Positions 1-12,870 of a stretch of 64,000 nt of DNA are shown piece by piece (within the stretch, counting starts at the first letter, position 1; every line of letters starts with the position of its first letter). The stretch is taken from assembly GCF_001194135.2 (NCBI RefSeq), contig NC_068981.1, forward strand, positions 25,885,864-25,949,863. Direction: 5' to 3'. The stretch comes from Octopus bimaculoides (Eukaryota). The notes beneath the pieces were generated by a model, which made no database searches, had not been told where the DNA came from, and saw only the letters and a list, made by a program, of their open reading frames with translations. The translations under genes were made by a program, and so were the position numbers.

Positions 1-33
<33 letters not shown>

Positions 34-1238
34 GAGAAGGGGGATAAATACATGCTTGTGTACGTATGTGTGTGTATGTGTGTGTACGTGTGTGTGTGTG
101 TGTGCGTATGCGCGCGTACGTGTGGGGAATGGAAAGGAAGGTAGCAGCATTCGAGCAGACGTCATTTCTCGGATGATGCATTGATTTTGCCCAGCCCAGA
201 AGCAATAACATCAGAAACATAACTATATCTAATATACATTATGATATCTTCGTAAGAGAACGAGTGCTTTTTAAGAAGAACAGTTTCGAAAGTTAAGACA
301 ATATAAATAATCAAAAAAAGATTATGTACATACATAAGATTAAGTTATCTAATCATGAATCTCACGAAAAGCAACAAAAGCCAAACTGAATATATCATTC
401 TAACGAAATAACTTTCAAATTTAAATATTTGAGATATTTATTTTTGCGAATGGTTTCTTATTCAAACTAAAATATTTTAAACGCATCCACACTCACACAG
501 ACACACACAGATACATATACACAATATACATACCCATAAGTACATAGTACATACATATATGCACACATGTGGGCGCATATATATAAGTGTATTCATACAT
601 ATATATGTGTCTGTATATTTATGCATGTATGTCTATTACAGACTGAGTGTGAGATGTCTGTATAGATATTTTATACTCATTTTTATGCGTCAATCTGTAC
701 ATCAGGATATGATGATTTCATGCTTTATACGTTATCTGATGTTCATAAAAATAAAGCTGTTCGGAAGTAGTAATCCATGTTTTCATGACAGAATATGCTT
801 TCAAATCTCAATGAACGTTGAAAACAATAAAATTAAATCAATGTATCTATAACATGTTGAATATGTATGCATACTTCTCACATTAGTTGACTCTCGCTAT
901 TTCTCTCTCGGTATTTTTGTACTCATACATCATACATACATACTTATATATGTATGTGTGTATATACTTATAAGAGTTGACACATTTGCCTGAAATAGAG
1001 TGAGGGACAGAGAAAGAAAAAAGAGAGGAAGAGTTCAATAGGGATGTTAGTGCCCGTGTACCGGTGTATGTACATGAGCGCCAAAGTCAGAAGTTAGCAT
1101 GTGAATTGAGGTGTGTTTATATGTATATGAGCGCATAACTGAAAGATGTGTCAGTTTCCGTGTTGAAGAGTAACAATTTATTGTTTATATAAAATAGACA
1201 TACGCACAACCATGTCTCTCTCTCTTTCTCTTCCCCCT

Positions 1239-1282
<44 letters not shown>

Positions 1283-1484
1283 CATATATGGGTATATATA
1301 TATCAATATAAAGAGATAGATAAATACTTGTGTGTGTGTGTGTTGTGAGTGTATGTATATATATGAGTTTACATACAGATATATATGTATATATGTATAT
1401 ATATATATGTATCTCTACCTACATATCTATGTGTGTGTGCGTATATATATACACACACACACAAAAAAAAGAAGCAAACAAACG

Positions 1485-1660
1485 AACAAAATAAAAGACG
1501 AAGACGGGTGTGTAAACAACATACTGATGTATTAGTTTAACGCTCGAGAAGTGAGAACGTCTTTTACGTTTCGAGCGTACGCTCTTCAACAGAAAGGAAC
1601 ACAAATAAACAGAGAGAGAAAATAATTAAAAAAAGGTTTAGTGGCTAGCGATCAAGCATA
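1485..1660 (-). mobile_element. Short interspersed repeat carrying a hammerhead-like motif (Penelope-terminus-like), copy 1
   Basis: Aligns by eye with 8805-8990 (+) on both sides of the ribozyme-like core, e.g. cgagcgttaaactaatac vs cgagcaataagctaatat and gtcttcgtcttttatttt vs gtcttcatcttttatttt. Confidence 0.65.
1561..1596 (-). ncRNA. Minimal type I hammerhead-ribozyme-like motif with variant core CUGUUGA
   Basis: Minus strand reads cttt CTGTTGA A GAGC gtac GCTC GAAA CG TA aaag: stem I cttt/aaag, stem II GAGC/GCTC, palindromic ACGT stem III, GUA cleavage triplet. The only core deviation is A6->U. Confidence 0.6.
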
Positions 1661-1887
1661 CACATACATATACATATACAGCGATGCACATATTCACAAA
1701 CTCAAATTTACATTCACATTTTCAAGTACGCAAATCCACATGAATAACCTACAAGACTGATCAATGGACATATACAATGGAAATCAATAACAGTTCGATT
1801 CATAAAAGTCATGCATATTTGAATCATTGCATTTTATTTTTACTGACAATGGCTATGATATCGATGTTAAGTTGATGACGTTGATGA

Positions 1888-1921
<34 letters not shown>

Positions 1922-2189
1922 GGTGGTGGTTTTTGTGGTTGTGATAGTGATGTAGGTGTTGGGAATAGCTACAATTATGAAAATAATGATGATGCCGAGG
2001 TTGATGGTGGTGGTGGTGGTTATAATGATGATGATGATGATTAAGATGATATTCATGCCTTTCATGCTGAGTACGACGATGACAACAACTCTCTTTTGTT
2101 TGGTGCTGTTTGTGTTTCGTTCATATTGCACGCTGGTTTCAACTCGTTTCATTTAACTACTTCATCAATTCCTACACACAAATGCACAC

Positions 2190-2445
2190 ATTTGCACAGA
2201 CAAGTATCTCCATATCTATGTCTATACTTTTCTTTCTCGCTCTCTCTCTCACTCCCCCTCTCTCTCTTTCTCTATGTATGTATGTATGTATGTATGTATG
2301 TATGTATCCATGTATCTATCTATCTTTTTAGCTTTCAGTTTGACTATATGTCTCATATCTGCCTCAGTGTCTGCCAGCAAATATGTCTGCCTATGTGTCT
2401 CCCTATGTGTCTGCCAGTCAATCAATAAATCAATCGATCAATCAG

Positions 2446-2476
<31 letters not shown>

Positions 2477-2504
2477 GTCAATCAATCAATCAATCAATCA
2501 ATCA

Positions 2505-2562
<58 letters not shown>

Positions 2563-2614
2563 ATATATATATATACATATATATACATAAGCATATATAC
2601 ATACACACACACAC

Positions 2615-2658
<44 letters not shown>

Positions 2659-2760
2659 ATACATGTATATATATGTATATATGTATACAAGTGCGTATGT
2701 ATGTGTTTGAGAGAGTGTGTGTGTACTCGTGCTCGCGTCTGTATGCAAACATGCGTATAT
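2190..2760. repeat. Compound microsatellite (CT, TATG, TCAA, TCTA, TA, CA, GT)
   Basis: Consecutive di- and tetranucleotide tracts seen directly; source of many spurious ORFs. Confidence 0.95.
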
Positions 2761-3014
2761 ACACCCAAATCCAAACACATATTACCCTATATAGCATTGA
2801 CGTCACACTTATTAGAAATTAGATGGAAGTTTTGTTACTTTTTGTAATGTCTATTGTTTGCTTTTCCTATTTTTTCCGTCTGGCGTTTTAGCTTTTGTTA
2901 ATTTTAGACCAATGGCATGATGATATTTATAATTATTGTTAGCTATATTTATATTGTACATTTCTGAATTGCATTCAAATTCCGACTGAAAAAACACTCT
3001 CATATATATATATA

Positions 3015-3051
<37 letters not shown>

Positions 3052-3126
3052 AAGTGAAGTTGTTACGTACCGCACGAGTGGAAATATATATGGGAGAAGG
3101 TTTGAAGATGCAATTTTAACGATATT

Positions 3127-3542
3127 TATTGGCTTGACCGGTTTCACATTTTTAGAAAAAGATTGTCAAAAGTAAAATATAAAGTTTTGCATGAGCTTTG
3201 TTGTGTTAAGTACTGGTAATCACACAAGTATCGAAATACAGTTACAAGTATTATAGTACAGTTTGCAAGAAAGTATTTAAAAAAGTATTCAACAAAAAGT
3301 ACTACGAGTTCAATAAAAATCATGTTTGTTTGGAAGTATATATATATCTCCTTCTGTATGTACATATATATATATATACTTCCAAACAAACTAGATTTTT
3401 ATTGAACTCATAATACCTTTTGTTGAATACTTTTTAAAATACTTTTGTGATTACCAGTATTTAACACAACAAAGCTTATGCTAAGCTTTACATTTTACTT
3501 TTGACAATCTTTTACTAAAAAGTGAAACCGGTTAAATCAATA
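3127..3542. mobile_element. Fold-back MITE-like element
   Basis: tattggcttgaccggtttcac... at 3127 mirrors ...gtgaaaccggttaaatcaata ending 3542. The arms stay complementary all the way to a short central loop near 3350; ends are TA. Confidence 0.8.
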
Positions 3543-3568
3543 CACATCTTTAAAATTGCATTATCAAA

Positions 3569-3617
<49 letters not shown>

Positions 3618-4389
3618 GCACATATGTATATATATATATATAAATGCAGAGATACGCATATAAATATCTATATATACATATGCATATATATGTATGTATA
3701 TATGTATGTACGTATGTAGGTATGTTTGTGTGTGTGTTTGAGTGTGTATGTGTGTGTGTGTATATATATATACATACATACACATAAAATTAAGTTCAAA
3801 TTTTGGGACAAGACTAGCAATCGTAGTTGATGGTGTAAATAAATTAATTAAAACATTCCAATTGCTCAACTAGTTCTTATTTTAACGAACACAAAAGGTT
3901 GTAAACCAATTGAGACCTATGCGGAATTTCAGCTCCCAACGCAAAGAAGGACAGAATGCTTGTAAGCATTTCGCCAGGTGCAATAATGATATTTCCATCT
4001 GGCCGCTTCATACACACACATAATATTGGAATCTTTATTGATGCACATATGGAAATTTGGTGTGAATATTGCGAAAAATGAAATGATAAACCGAAGTTGA
4101 AATCAATATATAACACATGAAAAGGAGTTATTTAAACACGGTAAAATGTTTTCAGTTTATTGTCATTGATGTTGCTGTACATTCATACATTTATCTTAGA
4201 AGATTATTATATTCATTATCTTGTTTTCTTGTGCAATACTGAATTTAAATTGATAGTATGATCAATCGAAATAATGACAAAAAAGGTTGATATTTCTCGA
4301 AGTAACTTGATATCGGCTTTAATTGCAAAATTAAAATTAAAGTGACATACGTTTATTTTTGACAAACAGATATTCAAATATGTTACCGG

Positions 4390-5835
4390 GTAGAAAGTAC
4401 AAAGCAAATAATATAAGAATACTCTCTTGAATAGCCCAAGAGAAAATTAATAAAATGAAACTGATACAAATATATAGACTAACAACATCGACTACTCAAA
4501 ATAAAATAAATTGACTGGACGAAAATTTCCAAAGATCATTGATGCGATTCCAAAGACAGACATCAAATGGATAATAGGCGATTGAGACTCAAAAGATAAA
4601 GCAACGCATCCTATAACTGGACAATCCGTCGGTCTTAGATACAGAAATGAAATAGGCAAGAGATTTCTTGATTCGAGTTCAGCCAATGATCCGGGAATAA
4701 TGAATATATTCCTACAATTTCATGAAATGAGATTACACGAAAATCACTTTGATCATACGATTATCCAAATAAAGGCAGAAACCGCATGGTTTATTCAATA
4801 AACATCTTACCAGATACGACTGTTAATCAGTGGATTTCGATATCTTCTTGGAAAATATAAATTGAAGAACCTCAAAAGATACCGATGATTTTATAGTTTT
4901 ATATAAATTCTACAAATTATTTTATTGTTAATGCTACGTCACCTTTATATCAAGTTAACTTTCACCGATGAATCTAAACATCTTTGGAGCGAAGTATAAT
5001 ACATTATAAAAGAAGGGAAAAAATATTATAAGATTTCAAATGACAAAAACCTGTTGGTGGTTTTCAAAAAAGCCAATTAACTATTGCAAAGCTAGGAAAG
5101 GAATTCAAATGAAAAATCCAAAATAAAATGGACAGAGATTAAGGCAAGTAAAGTTTGATTCTGAATGACTGAAGAAACGATAAAAATGAATACATTAATA
5201 CATATCCGAAACCTGGAATGAATTTGAATTAGATTTTAATAAACACAAAGCTTATGATCTATATCACAGTATTTAGTTGTTCATCAAAGGATTCAATCCT
5301 GAATTTCAGCTGTAAGGAAATAAATTAATAATATTCAAATACAGAAAGTGAAATAAAATCACAATGGAAAGTGTATATTATACAGTTATCCAAAAATTCT
5401 AATCAAATCAAGGAAACATAATATTACTAAATATGCAAATGAATCCCAAATAATGGAGTCAGAATTTGAAAGAGCACTAAATGCTATAAAATTTGGAAAG
5501 TATACGGAGTAGATGAAATTCAAATTGAAATGTTCAATACATGCAATCAATGCGTAGAAATATGATTAAAGTTACTCCAAATTAACTGGACATAGAACCA
5601 ATAGCCAACTGACTGGAAAAAATCCATTTATATTGTAATCTTCAGGAAATGAGACAGAAAATATTGAACTATAACACTTATTTCTCATGCAAGTAAATTT
5701 ATGCTTTAAATCAAGAAAACCGATCAGAAAATGTTCTTAGATGTTGACAAAAAATTCTTCAAGAATAAATTAGATTCTATAATGGCAGAGACACAAGATA
5801 TGGTATCATTCAACTACGGTAGTAGTTGAATAATA
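4390..5835 (+). mobile_element. Decayed RTE-clade (BovB-like) LINE, endonuclease to RT N-terminus
   Basis: Broken frames give KLIQIY, IIDAIPKTDIKWIIGD, RNEIGKRFL, GVDEIQIEMF, PTDWKKSIYI and TLISHASKFML, in the APE-to-RT order of RTE elements. Confidence 0.75.
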
Positions 5836-7544
5836 TTCTTAAGGCCGCGATTTACTCACACGAAGCAAAGCATCTTTCAGAGCTTGTTGCTAATTCAGTT
5901 CATAGCCAAATTAAAACCTGTTAACATTTTTGAAGAGGACTGGTTCCTAGCTATATTTTTGCATAAAAAACTGAAATTTGATCCGTAGAAAAAAGCCACA
6001 TCAAAATTGGTAGCAACGTTAAAAGTAATCAAGTTTAGATCTAGATAACATTTTTTTATTTTAAAAGCAAAATATATTTATCTTACCTTCAATGATAGAC
6101 GAAAGCATGACAAATTTCATAGCTTTGTTCCTATGCAACAAAAATTTCTATAAAAGAAGTTGTGAGGTAAAATATAATGAAAATATAATGAAAAATATAA
6201 AGGAAAAAAATTGGATTTAAGTACAATTAACTTTTTTTTTATTTTAGAAGAAAACTGTATTTTAAGCTTAAATGATAGAGCTCAATTCGAGAAATTTCAT
6301 GGTATAAATCTCATGCAATGAAGTTTTAAAAGAAAAAGGTTATGAATGTTTGTTTTTCAAGCTTGAGAGTGATAATATAGTTCTATAGTTTCTTTTTATG
6401 AATATAGTCCTATAAGGTACCTTTTAATATATGTTACCGGCGTCATTGAGGTAAGGAAAAATCATCATTCGCACCGCTTATTAACAAATCTGACACAATA
6501 TTAATTAGCATAATAGCATAGCCTGGAAAAAATATGGGTTACATTGAAAAATGCGAGCAAGATAAATATATTCTTAAGATTATAAACCTAGAAAATTACT
6601 GGACAAGTTATTACACTTGAAATAAATCAGTACAACTTATTACATCTGGTAAAGTACAGTACAAGAACATTTTTACTTAAAATATTTCAGCTAAGAATAA
6701 AATCTGAATATTAAAAACTATTTGATTTTAATTTACAAAGTAACATTATAATTAAAAAAGGTACCATAATTTTTTTTAAATATTGACACACTAAAATGCT
6801 TAAAAAATGAGAGCCAGAAGTACCAATATAGCTAAAGTATTATGCAAAGTAGAATAGTACATGAGGTAGGAAAGTTCATTATGTAAAAAAATAGGCATTT
6901 GGTCAAGACTAAAAATCTGAAGACTTGACAATAACGTAGGCAGTAACTCAAGCATATTTTACTGTGAATTTGTTGTTATAGGTAGATTTTACTCTAATAT
7001 ATAACTAATATGTGTATTATTCTATTTATTCTACTAAATAATTATGTACTACGTTTATTTCGTATAAGCTATTTTCAAATTCCTAATTATTAATTGATAA
7101 TTTAAAAAAATGTATTTTTTAAAGTGTAAAAAATAGTTTGAGTTATTCTTTATTTTTAACACAAGTAACAAATAATAACAAATAGAAGTAATAACTTGTA
7201 ATAAAATTTATAGTTTTAATAAAAACTAACATTTTCTAAATCTAAGCATTTTATTTGAAATTTTATCCTTAGCTGTAATATTTTTAAGAAAAACTTTTCT
7301 TGTTCTGGACTTCATCAGATGTAATAAGTTGTCTTGAACTTTTCCAAATGTAAAAACTTGTCCTGTAATTTTCCAGGTTCATAATCTTAAGAATATTATT
7401 TCTCTTGCTCTCATTTTTTCATGTAATTATAAATGTATACTAATTTTGATGGAATCGCACGAGTTTCAGATACGTGTAGCTATCACTTTTGTTGAATAAA
7501 TTAAAACGTTTGACTGTATTGCTTGCTGTTTCAAGGTATGGGAT

Positions 7545-7985
7545 ATTTTAAAAGACATAAAGACATATCACGAGATAATGTTCTGTGGTTTTATGGGGAT
7601 CATAAAGTTGATTTAAGGGATGTAGCAAAAGGGTTGATTTTGAAAGACATAAAGGCATCAACCCTTTTGCTATATCTCTTAAATCAACTTTAAGATCACC
7701 ATAAAGCCAGTTTGAACAGTATCTCAAAAGAGAGGCTTTTGAAACTAGTAAAGGTGTCAGGCCGAAGTGCGTTTTATCGCCACATTTATTCCTTTTCAAT
7801 GGAGGAACGAGCCTCACAAAGTCAAAATCTAATGAAATGATATTGAAATAAATACTGATGCATTAAATATTAATATTCTCCTATATTCAGATGACACAAC
7901 ACTAATAGCTGAGATCAAACCAAAACCAGCAAGAGTTATCCAATGCACTTGTTCAACGTAGTAAAAGCCAGGCCTTTTAATCAAG
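7545..7985 (+). mobile_element. RTE-clade LINE RT core, probable continuation of 4390-5835
   Basis: FETSKGVRPKCVLSPHLF and NINILLYSDDTTLIAE (YADD-type catalytic motif). Confidence 0.75.
7586..7709. repeat. Inverted repeat with 49-bp arms and an 18-nt loop
   Basis: 7590-7638 vs reverse complement of 7657-7705: 4 mismatches counted by eye. Confidence 0.85.
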
Positions 7986-8868
7986 GTTTAGAAAGCATTC
8001 TATTTTTCCGCAGCCACACTATCATAATGTGCCTGCGTTTGATTATGTATGACGGCATATTTCCTTATACATATTTTTGATCTTAAAGCTCATTTATATG
8101 AAGGCATCGACTGCCCTATCCATTCTTTCCCCACATTTCTCTGACTACTACAATGACATCAACCCTTTAGAACAAAGCCATGTCCCTTCACATCAGAATT
8201 GCTTCTCCACTATAAAAAAGTGAAAACCCTCACTCATCTCCTCTCCAATGTACTTCAACAAACGAGTCAAAAACCATTATGAATTTCCAGTAAAATATAT
8301 CGGACATAAATATATACTGACTTTCACAAAAAAATTACTATCCCGTCAAAGGTTAAATTTCATCTACCATGAAAAAGCCTCCTATTAATAACCAAATCAT
8401 AATTGTTAAAAATTCCTTCTTAAAAAATTGCGGCAAACAGAAATTCATCTAAATATGATTTAACATACCTGTTTTATAAATTATATCTGGACACACCTAT
8501 ACAAACACCATGCTTCAACAGAAAAAAGAACAACGAATAAATAAAATAGTGATGCATTACAAACGCCACTTCATGTAAGTACAACATCTACTTCCGATTT
8601 TTTACTAGTTCAAAGATTCTCAGCTCTGGATGTAGCTATTAGCGACTCGAGGCATTTAATTTTCAGATTCTTACAGAAAATTTTCTCTATGAATCTACAA
8701 ATATTGTATTCTGATTTTGTTAGAGGTAGTTTACATAATTACATAAAAGTGCACAATAGAATTTAATCTGTCTCATTTCTTTCCTTGATATATAAATATA
8801 TATACATTCATCTCGCTGAACCGTTAATCCCTACACATTTTGTTCTATCTCCATTCTTAACTCTCAAC

Positions 8869-8905
8869 CTTTTCCGTCGGAGAGCGTAGGCTCGAAACGT
8901 CAAAG
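8869..8905 (+). ncRNA. Second, more decayed copy of the hammerhead-like motif
   Basis: ctttt CCGTCGG A GAGC gtag GCTC GAAA CG TC aaag. Stems II and III and the GUC triplet are intact; the core has U4C, A6U and A9G changes. Confidence 0.5.
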
Positions 8906-9477
8906 ATCTATCTATTCTTCCCGAGCAATAAGCTAATATACCTGCTTGTTGTCCCCCTCACTTGTCTTCATCTTTTATTTTCTATATATTCTGCGTTTAT
9001 CTTTTGCCGAATAACCTGCACGAAATGATTTGCTTATAGTGATCAAATGTATGAGCCGTACATTAGCACACTTTCTCCAGCAAATCAACGTTGCATGTAC
9101 AGTGCATAGTGTGCTACAACTCAGGTGTAGAAATGATCGCAAACTAACAACGTAAGATGAAGTATTTTGCTCAAGAACACCACATACCACCCCAACACGC
9201 TAACCACTGGACCACGATTCCTCACACACACACACACACACATACATGCACACACAAACATACACACGCATACACACACATACACACACACACAAGCAGA
9301 CACACACGCTATAAACACACTTTTGACTTCTTCAGTGCTATCTCTAACTTATTGTATCGACTTATTGTACCTTCTTGGAGAACCGCTAAGTACGGGGACA
9401 TAAACAAGCCTGCACCGATTATCAGTCGATGGCTGGAGAGAAAGACAGATGAAAATATACACAAGCATACCTATCTG

Positions 9478-9740
<263 letters not shown>

Positions 9741-11040
9741 ACAGAGATTGATCGATAGACACGTGTGTAGTGAATTTAGGTGATAATATTTACTAGAAAA
9801 TCTTAGGTACTCAAAAACTAGAATTTGACCTCTCGGTCATTTTATATTACGTTATTAGAGATGCAAATTAACATCATAATCTCTCTAATTCTGTTTCCAC
9901 TAAGTCTGGGATATTTTTGTAATTACAAAATATTGATGAAATAAAGCTAATTTACAATAAATCGTTGCATTAAATGTATTAAAATATTTATGTCTTTCCC
10001 TTTCTGTTCTGTATTTTGAATATCAACATTAATTGCTTTTGACACCTAATTCAGTCAATTTAAGTACTGCTCCATTAAAACTGGTCCTAAATATTCTAAA
10101 AGAAATTTACCGTTTTTGTACTAACTTACATAAATTATTACCTGATCGAAAGTTAATGTAATCACCAATCTTCGCCGATAGCCAGGAATCATCAACATAA
10201 TATCTAACAGATTGACAATTTTTATAACGTTAACACATTGGTTCATCTGATTAAACATTTGTTACAGAGGCGGGTAAATCTATAACTACTAAAATACGTA
10301 ATATATAATAAACACAACAGTATACAACTGCATACTGGCCCAAAACCGATGTACCAAAATATTAGAAATGATACTGGTGGTTCTAGTCTCCGCAAGGGCA
10401 AATTTGCTTAAATTATTCTAATATGAAAAGAACTCTACTAGTGCTGACCTAGAGATTTAATTAATGTTTGTGGGACTCGCATTTCATTTCTTTCAAGCAA
10501 TTTCAAATAAGCGAGGGCAAACTCGATGTTTTTCCATTTATGTCACGTCATCAGTCTCCGGTGTAATAAAGCAATTATAATATTAAATATGTTCAAATAG
10601 ACTTCATGATAATCAAAAATATTTCATTAAATGCAACAATATCTAACACAAAAGGATAGTGTGTGTGTCTACGTGTGGATGCATATGTGAATTTGTATTT
10701 CGTATGGTTTTTCGTACGAAAAAGGGTTAAAGAAAAAAATATAAGATATTTAATACAATACTTCAGAAAGTATCAAATATTTTCCAAAGTTAAATTTATC
10801 TATTGGTGATGTCGATGATAGTAGTGATAATTGTTATAGTAGAATTAGTACACATACATACATACACATGCAGACACATAAATACATACACATACATAGT
10901 TACATACATATATTCACACACACACACATGCACATATATATAAGAAAATTGAGATGGCAAAAGAATGAACTATTATGTTGCTTTGAACGTCAATAGCTTA
11001 CACCTACTTCTGCTACAAGACGTAATGGACTCCTAGTTGG

Positions 11041-11334
11041 GTGGTTGAGTGACACCTTACAACTTCATCAGAACCTCAAATATGAAATGCAGTTTATTTG
11101 TGAAAAGAACTGCATTTATGCATCCTATATATATATAGGAAAAAGCATTACCAATGTCAAAGCCAACACGTCCGTGCGGAAGAAAGTCAAGGCCTTCTCC
11201 GACGTACGTACTGGCTTTCACATTCGTAATGTTTTTTCCTATACTTATAGGATACATAAATATAATTCTTTTCCCAAATATACTGCACTTCATACTCGAA
11301 GCTCTGATGAAACTACAAGTTGTTACTCAACAAC
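11041..11334. mobile_element. Imperfect fold-back (MITE-like) element with about 140-bp arms
   Basis: tgagtgacacc...ttcatcagaac... mirrors ...gctctgatgaa...gttactca. The ORF track shows near-duplicate peptides on opposite strands here. Confidence 0.75.
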
Positions 11335-11519
11335 GTAATAATGAGTATACTACATCTTATAGCAGAAACAGCTGTAACCTAATGGCGTTCATAAGATAAT
11401 CACTTATTCCTTTGTAATCTTATTTTATTATTACCACTCTGTACTCGACTAAGTCTTCGTTCTAAAGCATAAGTATATTGAGTTATACACTAGGTTATAA
11501 GTCTCGCAATACATAAGCG

Positions 11520-11550
<31 letters not shown>

Positions 11551-11555
<5 letters not shown>

Positions 11556-11590
11556 TAATCCCTCGACTATCGCAGGTGCTACGTTCCAAA
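11551..11590 (+). mobile_element. Possible pogo/Tigger-type terminal inverted repeat stub
   Basis: TA+CAGTAATCCCTCGACTATCGC directly after a (TA)n tract, abutting the broken 3' end of the mariner relic. No partner end found. Confidence 0.4.
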
Positions 11591-12557
11591 AACTTCCAGC
11601 TTTTGGAATGTCATCCTCGCTGTATGTGGCCAAATATTATCCTGATGGAAGGACACTTTTCGCCTTGAAAGCAAACATGGTCGTTTTTCTTCTAGCGCTG
11701 ACTTAAGCTGCTCAAGCTGCTCTCAGTAAATCTCCTTTGTTATCGTTTGGTTTGGATTTAAAAGTTCAAAGTGGATTAAACCTTTCATATCCCATCAAAC
11801 AGATAACATCACCTTACATGGGTGAAGACCTTCTTTAGCCTGGGGTGCAGGTGTTTCTCCTTTCCCTACCCACTGACTTCAGTGTTTGATATTTGTATAG
11901 AGAACACATTTCTCGTCACCAGTCACTATTCGGCCCAAAAATGGTTCATTCGGGAAACGCAACAGCAAAGAAAAGTACACATTCACTCTCTGCGCGCAAT
12001 CAGACTCAGAATATTTGTGAGGAACCCATTGACCCAATTTGCTGATTTTTCCGATGGCATGCAGCTATCGATGAATGGTTGACTGATCAAATTCAAGCTT
12101 CTCTGCTAGTCCCTCAATAGTTATGATAAGAATGCGTTCCACCAGGGTTTGCAGGACGTCTTCATCGATCTCTACAAATCTTCCAGAACGACGCTCGTCT
12201 TCTAGGCTGTAGTTTCCGGCTCGGAATTTCTGCAACCACCGTTGACATTGGCTTACGCATATTGTCCGATCCCCATATACTGCATTAATATGCCTCGCAC
12301 TTTCTGTTGCGTTGTTGCCTTTATTGAACTTATAAAGCAAAATATGCCGAATATGCTCTTTGACACTTCCATTATAGCTTTGAAAAAATAACTGTTAAAA
12401 TCGAACTGTACTCTTCAAACCTTGCACTGAGTATAAGTATATGGTAAAATTACTATCCGTTTTTAATGTAGATTGATGCAGGTAGTTTATCTCGTCTCCC
12501 TCCGACTTTTAGTTCATGCAATTGAAAAATCCGCATTATATATGTGATGACCCAATA
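11590..12557 (-). mobile_element. Mariner-family transposon relic, 3'-truncated
   Basis: 5' end tattgggtcatcac at 12557. HTH peptide in ORF 12065-12340 (FRAGNYSLEDERRSGRF). Catalytic motifs FLGRIVTGDEKCVLY and FHQDNIWPH in broken frames. Confidence 0.9.
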
Positions 12558-12625
12558 TATATATATATAATATATCAAATCTTATATAACGTATCAGCCA
12601 CGAGAAAATGTCGAAACAGTATTGA

Positions 12626-12870
12626 TACCAGTTATTATAGATAAAACTGGAAACATAATGGAAAGTAGAGACATTTTATTTCGTTTATGAATAAAATCTA
12701 AAATGAAAATTGAAATGAAATATATGCATAGATAAATTCTAATATACGATTCCAGTTATTGTGTAACATAGAAATAAAATCAGTACCAGTTATTATAGAT
12801 AAATCCAGAAAAATAATGGAATGCATAAAACAATTTAGTTTCGTTTATGAATATAAGCTAAAATAAAAAT
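12626..12870. repeat. Degenerate tandem duplication, period about 158 bp
   Basis: taccagttattatagataaa...tttcgtttatgaata occurs at 12626 and 12784. Confidence 0.7.

Noticed and set aside
559-2847. Many 60-180 aa ORFs (YIYI, HTHT, SINQ, LSLS repeats)
   Set aside because: Translations of microsatellites; the same applies to similar ORFs across the window.
10515-10560. Minus-strand CTGATGA...GAAA with short stems
   Set aside because: The cleavage position would be G and stem I does not pair.
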